Shown here piece after piece: positions 57,105 to 64,000 of a stretch of 64,000 nt of DNA. The notes below the pieces were generated by a model. That model had not been told where the DNA came from and ran no database searches. It saw nothing but the letters and a program-made list of their open reading frames with translations. This stretch comes from Oligoflexia bacterium (GTDB lineage Bacteria; Bdellovibrionota; UBA1018): assembly GCA_903935335.1 (NCBI GenBank), contig CAIZRG010000054.1, positions 106,306 through 170,305 of the forward strand, read 5' to 3'. Within the stretch, counting starts at the first letter, position 1, and every line of letters begins with the position of its first letter. Position numbers and translations under genes: made by a program.

Positions 57105-60100
57105 ATGTGTCTCTTTGATTTAAGTTTATTTAAAGTTCTTAAAAAATCAGGCTTCTTGTTTTGTTTATTTTTAATTTCGTGTGCTTCTTCTGATCAAGGG
57201 GGAGGAGGACAGGGAAAATTTTCAGCTCAGAAATCTGAAATTCAAGTTGAAAAATTAATTCTTTTTTCTGGAGAGCAAACAAAAGTCACTCTTCGTCTGA
57301 GGGATGATCAAGGTTCTCCCTTTGTGGATTCAGGGATCAGCGCTGAGTTCAAGCTTCGAGGGGGGGGAAGTCTTGGAGTTTTTGATCCGATGAGAAATCT
57401 TGGGTCAGGAGCTTATCAAGCAATATTTACTGGAGAGATTGCAGGAAGTCCCTCTGAGGTCTTTGGAGTGATCCAAGGAGCAGGAGTCGGGTTTATAGGA
57501 GAAGTTGTTGGGCCACGTGTGCAAGTTGTACCCGGTTCAATTGATGCAAAAAAATCCAGTTTAGAAATTAATAAAGCTAAAATCAAAGCAGGAGAAGAAG
57601 TTGATTTAACTCTGACTCTGAAAGATCAAAAAGGAAATCTTCTTCCTATAGATCATGATAAACTGGACGTTGAATTTTTAATTACAAAAGAAGATGGAAA
57701 AAGTTTTGGAGTATTTAAAGACCAAAAAGAAAAATCTGGAGTTTATCAAACTACTTTTACTGGAAGGATTGCTGGTACTTCTGCACTGATTTACGCTCAA
57801 GATAAAAATGGCAATCACATTGTTTCAAAAATTGAAGGGGTCCAGATTGAAGTTGAACCCGGAGAAGTTTCACCTGCGGACTCCAGCTTAACGGTAACTT
57901 TCACACAAGTACAATCCGGATCAGCCGTTAGGGTGACTCTGACTCTCATGGATAGTTATAAAAATTTGATTAATCACATCGATTCCAAAAATCTTCGTTT
58001 TATTTTGTCTGATATTCCAGGTCAAAGCATTGGGGAACTGAGTCCAGTAAGTTTCAATAAGGATACTTATACAGCATTGTTTACAGGTAAAAGCGCAGGT
58101 ACCCCAGTTCGAATCACCCCTGAGTTAAATAATAATAAAATAAGTAAATCTGTTGATATTGAAGTCATTCCTGGTCCTTTTTCTCCGAGTCATTCAATAT
58201 TGAAGATATTGAAATCTGATGCCTCTGATGTTTCGATAACTGCTGGAAGTTCTGTGAAGGTGAGTTTTGAGCCCAAAGATTCTAACAGTAATAAGCTGAC
58301 GGGAAGAAATGTTACCTTCGATTTGGTTGGAGGCCTGCGTAAGGGTAATTTATGGGTTGAAAGTTTTTCTGATGATACTGAATCAAATGGAGTTTATCAA
58401 ACAAATTTTACAGGTTATGCTTCAGGTCCAAGAGAAATTTTTGCAAAACTTAATCAGGAATTTCCAGGTGGCCCTCAACCACATGGTGTTTTACGACATG
58501 TTTCTCTAATTATCAATTCTGCAGCTCCAGACGAAGGTGAATCGAAGTGTAATTTGGATAAAGATGAAGTTCAATCTGGGTCCTCGCTACAAGGAACGTT
58601 GAAGCTTTTTGATAGATATCACAATCCGGTGCAAATTCCCGTTGATCAGATTCAATGGAAGAGCTCTGGGGTTGCAGGTCAAAGCACTGGCGAGTGGAGT
58701 AATGCTGAGCTGAAAAAAGGCTTTGAAAATATCTATTTGTCAAATTTTACAGGGGCATTAGCAGGAAGTTCAGCTGAGCAAAAAGTTGAGCTCACACTGT
58801 CCAAAGATAAAAAACTGTCTATCGTCTGTACGCCTCATGTGAGAGTGGTACCCGGTTTAATTGATGCAAAAGGATCCAGTTTAGAAATCAAGAAAGCTAA
58901 AATCAAAGCAGGAGAAAAAGTTGATTTAACTCTGACTCTGAAAGATCAAAAAGGAAATCTTCTTCCTATAGGCTATGATAAAGCGACAGTTGACTTTTCA
59001 ATTGAAAGAATAGATGGAAAAAGTTTTGGGGACATTAATGGGAAAATAGAAAAAGCTGATGGAGTTTATGAAGCTACTTTTACTGGAACGACTGCTGGTA
59101 CTTCTGCACTGATTTACGCTAAAGCTACAATAGACAATAAAGATTCTTTAGACATTGGAGGGGTGCAGATTGAAGTTGAACCGGGAGAAGTTTCACCTGA
59201 GCACTCCACCTTAAAGGTAAGTTCAAAAGAAGTAAAATCCGGATCAAAAGCTCAGGTGACTCTGAGTCTCAAAGATCGTTATGGCAATCTGATTATTCAG
59301 AAGGAGTCCCAAGATCCTGTTTTTAGTGTGTCGAAGGATCCAGGTCAAAGCACTACTAGCGATCTGAGTAAAGTAAGTTTCAGTAAGGGTATTTATACAG
59401 CATCTTTTACAGGCATAAAAAAAGGTACCCCAGCTCAAATCACCGCTCAGCTCAATAAAAATAGAATGGGTGAAGCCGTTGATTTTGAAGTCATTCCCGG
59501 TCCTCCTTCTTTAAGTCAGTCAATATTAAAGATAGACGATCCTACAGTGGTTGTTGGCAGGATTGCAAAAGTAACCTTAGAACTCAGAGATGATCATGAC
59601 AATCCATTGACGAGTGGGGGTCATAAAATTAGGTTTTTACCAAATACAGGATCTGGTTTGAGTCAAGGAAATCTTCAAGCAGTGAATGACCTAAATAATG
59701 GGACCTACGAAGTTGAATTTCAGGCAAAAAAAGCAGGCAGTGAAATTAAACTTTCTGCTTTTTGGGACGATGCTCCTGGTGAAAATAAGACATTTAAAAG
59801 TACAGTCGGAATTACTGTAGAAATTGCTGCTTTTTTTGGTGTGAAGCAATGGAATCCTTCACGTCTTAAGTCGATTCCTAGACGTAAGCTTTGGAATTTT
59901 GAATCTAAAAACTCACAGTATTCTGTTGAAGGCTTCAAGCAATGCACAAAGTCTTATCAAGAACAATGGAAAGCCCTTCAGGATAGAAAAATTATAAATT
60001 CATTAATGAATAAGACTTGTTGGTCTGATTCACAAAAGAAAGAAATTCAAGCATTAGGAGAAGAGCTGAATCATAGCTTCTCTGAAGTGAGTCAACTCAA

Positions 60101-63100
60101 AGTAGGGAATGAGTCCAAGGAATTGACCCTAGAAATGCAGGGTTTGTTAGTTCAAGTAGGCCAAACTTATCAAAACCTTCAAGAGCATTTATCTTATTGT
60201 CGTATTGCTCAAGTGACTGAACCTTGGAATCAGATTTCTTTATCTCCTAATAGACTAGATGATGGGTTAAGTTTTACAAGTGAAGATAAAGCCTTTCTTC
60301 ATGTGCTTGGAGATTTATTTGGAACAGAGTCAGGTCTTGAAGGGCAAACTCTCGAGGAAAGCACCGAGCTTTTAAAACGACGGTTATCGATCATTGACAA
60401 AATGAGTAAAGATTTAAAGGAGCACAAGTACATTGCGTCCTCTCAAGCTGCCAACCCATGTCTGGGGATTGATGGAGGTTACCATCCAGAATTAGAAGGA
60501 AGGTTTCCTCCTAAGCCGGATCTAGACGTTGTTCTACTCGAAGATATAGTCAGGCATGGAGAACAAGCTGTCAAATTGTCAGGATTCTTTGGGAGGAATC
60601 TCGGAGAATTTGTGACTGATTTTAAATCTAATCTTGATCAGATCAAAACAAATCAAGATTGGTTTTATTTCTTGGGTGGGGCAGTAGGGCATGCAGTCGT
60701 TTACCTAGTCCAAAAACAAGGTCCGGATCAGTATCAATTTCGAGTGTATAATAGCGGGGATGGTCTTGGATTTCATGGATCCATCTTGGATGGATCAAAA
60801 GAGTATGTTTTCCCTTATTACGAAATAAAAAATATTAATAGAAAAACTCTCAGTCGGATTTCTTTTCTTAAAGGTTTAAGGGAATTGAAATTTCAATCAG
60901 AGACTCCTAACTCAAATATGGCTTTTCTTTATGACAATATTTTAAATGAGCTAGGTGGGGAAGTTACAACCATTCAAGCTCATTCAAGAGAGTTCTTGGA
61001 TAGTCAAAAATCTGGGACTTGTAGTTATTATGTTTTGCCCTATTTTCAAACCGACAGATTGAAAGATACCAGTTTAGGACGATCTTTAGAGTTTTTCATT
61101 CAGTCTGCATATTTAGAACTTTATTTTAAAATAAATCAAGAAAAAATTAAAAAAAGTCAACCGATACAAAGACTTTTTCAAAAAGGAATTCAGTATTATT
61201 CAGAAGAAATTTCAAAAGATCTTTCAGAAATTCCTTTAAGCCAAAGGGTAGAAGATAAGAATAGATCTGTTGATTTTGGAATGGCAAGAGAAGCATCTGA
61301 AAGAGTTCAAAAATATCAAGATTTTTTAGATCGAGTAAAAAAAGAGCGAAAAGCAAATCAAATCATTGTTTCTTTAAAAAATTTATCTCAATTTTTAGGT
61401 GAAATTTTCACAAAATTCACAACCATTGGTGCAGATTTGATCTCATCTGCTCCCCTCTCGGAGAAGCCTATTTCACTTCTTGAGTTGAGTCATTGGACTC
61501 CAAATCGATCAAATCCTGATCAAATAGTTGATGAACTGAGGAAATTTATTAAACAAATGCAGCCAGGAAAAAATTCTCAACCTTCAGAAAAAGATTATGA
61601 AAGTAAAATTATCTTGGGTGGATTTCAAGAGATTGTGAAGCGACTTCCAGTTGAAAAGTCTTTTTGGGAAGGACTAGCAACATATCAGCTCAAATCAGTG
61701 ATTGAGTATTTTAGCGATTTGAGTCAGTTTCATTTTTGGTCTTTAGTTCAGCTTCATTCTAAAGAGAAGGCTCATTTAACTGGGATTGCTCCAGAAAGAA
61801 TAGTAGCTCAGATAAAACTTCTGACACTAACTGAGCAGATCATCCGAATCTATGGGGAAAGAGGAGAAGGAATATACCCTGATTTCGAGATTTCTATTTT
61901 TAAAGATTTCCCCAGTCTTTATCATCCTTATTTGAAATACTTTGTTTTTCCTCAAGAAAAGAAAAAAGGAGTGTCAGCCTCTCAATGGGTCAGTCAGATT
62001 AGAATTGAAGATCATGATTGGCAAAAAGTTTTAATAGATGAGCTGATGCCTTATTGGGATATTCAAAAAAAATCAAGCAATATCAATTCTTCTATTTTTG
62101 AATGGATGAGATATCCACTTTTTTATTCAGGTTATCCTGTATGCGATGAAAGAATTATATTAGATCATGCTGGAGTTCAAGATACTCGTCTATGGAGTCA
62201 TCCCTATGGAAGTCCAATTTTACATGATTTAAAATGGGCTGATTTGAAATGGGCTCATGAAAAATTTCCAAATATCTCAACTGCTGTTGAGCTATCTAAT
62301 CTTTTTGCTTACAAAAAAATCTCAGGTCATCCTAAGATTCCTGATTTGTTTTTTGATGTTCGAGATATTAGTTTTATTACTCATTATTTGCTTTCTGGTT
62401 CCTTTGATTCAAGTATTTTAAATCAACCTAGTAATTACGGTAGAGATAGTATTCGAGAGTCTGTAGAAAAATTATTTCTATACACGCCAGAACACTTAGA
62501 CCGAGTTGCTTTAGCATTTAATTTTTCAAAAGCAGTAAAAAAATACCAATATGGAGACTATAAACAAAATTATTCGAATGTAGGTTACACATATTTTAAT
62601 GGTTCAAGAGAAATGAATTCAGACAATTTAAAAGATTACCTTAAAAATAAAAAAATAGTAGAAATTTATACGAATCAAAATTCATATATTGGAAGCCCAA
62701 ATTTTAGTTTAGACTTAGCTACGCAAAGAGGTGATCTTGGGCTTTGGACTGAGTTACTTGAAGATAAAAAATTATCAAATAGCGATGGATTTTCCTACTT
62801 AAAGAATCTTTCATCCCAAGAACTGATTTGTGAGCCTCAGGCTTTATGTCGAGTGCCACTTAAGTCAAATTCAAGTGAGACACGAGAAGTGCCAATTGCA
62901 ACTCTTGAAATGCAGCGGCAATTACTGAATTTAAATTCACCCGTTGTTGCTCTATCTTACTTTTCTGAACGACCTCATTTATTAAAAGAAAAAAGATGGG
63001 AAATTTTATTTAAATTCATTGTTTTTCAACCGACTCAGTTATTGCTAGAGCACCAAAAAAATCCTGTTTTTTTTCAACAATTTGAAAAATTTTTAAAGGT

Positions 63101-64000
63101 AAATTTTGAAAAAAATTTGAAAGAGGAAGATTTTGAAACCGCTGCTTTTTATTCAAGAATGGGGAATCTTTTAGATGAGTGGTCTTCTCGAGTAAAATCA
63201 GCTTCATCTTACGCTATTCTAAAAATAGACAGAAACAAATGGTCTTATCAGGGGCAGATTCAACTGCTGAGTAAACTCCGAGAACCTATCTCTGATTTAA
63301 AAAATATTTTGATGAGAGATATAATTCGTTCCTACCGATATGCTGATTTATCTGTGATTTCTGAAGAGAGCTTATCATTATTCGTTCAGGCAGTTATTTA
63401 CCGAGATCGAAACTCACTCATGAGTCAGGATTATTTTGATGCGGAAGAGGAAAATGCATCTGAAAGTGTCTATCAATTAAAAAGGAAGGATTTGATAGAT
63501 CGGTTAAGTCAATGGAAATTAGAAGTTAAACGAAAATTTTTTAACCAAGTAATATCCTATTTTGTTCCGCAAGAGCTCAAAAACGAATGGGCTCACTCTT
63601 CATGGATCCAAGGTATCGAAAAGGAACCAGAAGTTTGGACTTCTGAGTCACTAAATGGGAGAAAAATTGCGATTGATTTCAGTCGGCCTCGTATTTTGAT
63701 GGATGGAGCTGAGCAACGAATTTTTCCAGGAGAAATTGCAAATCTTCTAAAGTTTAAAAAAGTAATTTCTTGGAACTCTGAAAATCCATATGTGAAATGG
63801 CTAGGCGATCGAAAATATGAACTCATTGATTCTAGAGATGGGCATAGTGTTAGAGTAAATCAATCTAACAATTTGGTGATTCAAAAAAAATGGGGAAATC
63901 AATGGTATCAGCTTTTAGATGATTCTTATGTGAATGAAAATGCTGTGAATCCTGATGGATTTCAGGAATTAGACTGGCAACAGAATTTAAACTGGTCATT
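57105..64000 (+). CDS. Giant lipoprotein (>2,290 aa, 3' end outside window): 8 invasin-like Ig repeats + putative cysteine protease + long helical region
   Basis: Manually translated with no stop from ATG 57105 to the window end. Lipobox LISC (Cys 57180). Ig repeats ~57215-59825. GGAVGHA, YNSGDG and QKSGTC at 60670-61025. Absent from the ORF track because the stop lies outside the window. Confidence 0.88.
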   Translation, partial: MCLFDLSLFKVLKKSGFLFCLFLISCASSDQGGGGQGKFSAQKSEIQVEKLILFSGEQTKVTLRLRDDQGSPFVDSGISAEFKLRGGGSLGVFDPMRNLGSGAYQAIFTGEIAGSPSEVFGVIQGAGVGFIGEVVGPRVQVVPGSIDAKKSSLEINKAKIKAGEEVDLTLTLKDQKGNLLPIDHDKLDVEFLITKEDGKSFGVFKDQKEKSGVYQTTFTGRIAGTSALIYAQDKNGNHIVSKIEGVQIEVEPGEVSPADSSLTVTFTQVQSGSAVRVTLTLMDSYKNLINHIDSKNLRFILSDIPGQSIGELSPVSFNKDTYTALFTGKSAGTPVRITPELNNNKISKSVDIEVIPGPFSPSHSILKILKSDASDVSITAGSSVKVSFEPKDSNSNKLTGRNVTFDLVGGLRKGNLWVESFSDDTESNGVYQTNFTGYASGPREIFAKLNQEFPGGPQPHGVLRHVSLIINSAAPDEGESKCNLDKDEVQSGSSLQGTLKLFDRYHNPVQIPVDQIQWKSSGVAGQSTGEWSNAELKKGFENIYLSNFTGALAGSSAEQKVELTLSKDKKLSIVCTPHVRVVPGLIDAKGSSLEIKKAKIKAGEKVDLTLTLKDQKGNLLPIGYDKATVDFSIERIDGKSFGDINGKIEKADGVYEATFTGTTAGTSALIYAKATIDNKDSLDIGGVQIEVEPGEVSPEHSTLKVSSKEVKSGSKAQVTLSLKDRYGNLIIQKESQDPVFSVSKDPGQSTTSDLSKVSFSKGIYTASFTGIKKGTPAQITAQLNKNRMGEAVDFEVIPGPPSLSQSILKIDDPTVVVGRIAKVTLELRDDHDNPLTSGGHKIRFLPNTGSGLSQGNLQAVNDLNNGTYEVEFQAKKAGSEIKLSAFWDDAPGENKTFKSTVGITVEIAAFFGVKQWNPSRLKSIPRRKLWNFESKNSQYSVEGFKQCTKSYQEQWKALQDRKIINSLMNKTCWSDSQKKEIQALGEELNHSFSEVSQLKVGNESKELTLEMQGLLVQVGQTYQNLQEHLSYCRIAQVTEPWNQISLSPNRLDDGLSFTSEDKAFLHVLGDLFGTESGLEGQTLEESTELLKRRLSIIDKMSKDLKEHKYIASSQAANPCLGIDGGYHPELEGRFPPKPDLDVVLLEDIVRHGEQAVKLSGFFGRNLGEFVTDFKSNLDQIKTNQDWFYFLGGAVGHAVVYLVQKQGPDQYQFRVYNSGDGLGFHGSILDGSKEYVFPYYEIKNINRKTLSRISFLKGLRELKFQSETPNSNMAFLYDNILNELGGEVTTIQAHSREFLDSQKSGTCSYYVLPYFQTDRLKDTSLGRSLEFFIQSAYLELYFKINQEKIKKSQPIQRLFQKGIQYYSEEISKDLSEIPLSQRVEDKNRSVDFGMAREASERVQKYQDFLDRVKKERKANQIIVSLKNLSQFLGEIFTKFTTIGADLISSAPLSEKPISLLELSHWTPNRSNPDQIVDELRKFIKQMQPGKNSQPSEKDYESKIILGGFQEIVKRLPVEKSFWEGLATYQLKSVIEYFSDLSQFHFWSLVQLHSKEKAHLTGIAPERIVAQIKLLTLTEQIIRIYGERGEGIYPDFEISIFKDFPSLYHPYLKYFVFPQEKKKGVSASQWVSQIRIEDHDWQKVLIDELMPYWDIQKKSSNINSSIFEWMRYPLFYSGYPVCDERIILDHAGVQDTRLWSHPYGSPILHDLKWADLKWAHEKFPNISTAVELSNLFAYKKISGHPKIPDLFFDVRDISFITHYLLSGSFDSSILNQPSNYGRDSIRESVEKLFLYTPEHLDRVALAFNFSKAVKKYQYGDYKQNYSNVGYTYFNGSREMNSDNLKDYLKNKKIVEIYTNQNSYIGSPNFSLDLATQRGDLGLWTELLEDKKLSNSDGFSYLKNLSSQELICEPQALCRVPLKSNSSETREVPIATLEMQRQLLNLNSPVVALSYFSERPHLLKEKRWEILFKFIVFQPTQLLLEHQKNPVFFQQFEKFLKVNFEKNLKEEDFETAAFYSRMGNLLDEWSSRVKSASSYAILKIDRNKWSYQGQIQLLSKLREPISDLKNILMRDIIRSYRYADLSVISEESLSLFVQAVIYRDRNSLMSQDYFDAEEENASESVYQLKRKDLIDRLSQWKLEVKRKFFNQVISYFVPQELKNEWAHSSWIQGIEKEPEVWTSESLNGRKIAIDFSRPRILMDGAEQRIFPGEIANLLKFKKVISWNSENPYVKWLGDRKYELIDSRDGHSVRVNQSNNLVIQKKWGNQWYQLLDDSYVNENAVNPDGFQELDWQQNLNWS
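57528..59534 (+). repeat. Internal duplication of a two-Ig-domain unit (57528-58208 vs 58848-59534)
   Basis: Long identical DNA blocks, e.g. AAAGCTAAAATCAAAGCAGGAGAA and GTTGATTTAACTCTGACTCTGAAAGATCAAAAAGGAAATCTTCTTCCTATAG, at an offset of ~1320 bp. Confidence 0.9.

Noticed and set aside
57360-57367. G8 tract near the 5' end of the giant ORF as a phase-variation switch
   Set aside because: It is in frame, encodes Gly-Gly-Gly and is short. No evidence of slippage without reads.
62226-62257. 15-bp tandem duplication (DLKWA DLKWA) in the giant ORF
   Set aside because: A single small in-frame slippage with no sign of a repeat array or function.
58309-63826. Short tracked ORFs (58309, 58513, 59244, 59720, 61147, 63016, 63593)
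   Set aside because: They are shadows of the giant plus-strand ORF starting at 57105.

Overview
Bacterial chromosomal window. The gene set (topoisomerase VI pair, PrkA, DUF4911, flagellar export cluster) resembles Bdellovibrionota/Oligoflexia-type genomes, which is an inference. Core blocks: fliR-flhB-flhA-flhF-fliA (no flhG), a mazG-coaE fusion with ybeY and prfB (+1 frameshift), topA-dprA-cpoB, tldD, a CDF/HAD/RluA/PrkA/5'-nucleotidase block, and top6B-top6A. Three tRNAs (Asp, Glu, His) border two decaying accessory regions (~13.9-20.9 kb and ~28.7-41.6 kb). These hold TA modules, IS256 relics, many pseudogenes and several signal-peptide proteins with effector-like domains. The most striking feature is missing from the ORF track: a >2,290-codon ORF from 57105 that runs off the window. 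It encodes a lipoprotein with 8 invasin-like Ig repeats, a His-Asn-Gln-Cys (CE-clan-like) cysteine protease module and a long helical region. An aroC pseudogene, an intact CADD pABA synthase, a Legionella-type glucosyltransferase-like protein and a secreted Lon-like ATPase are also present. Together these suggest, by inference, a eukaryote-associated lifestyle.
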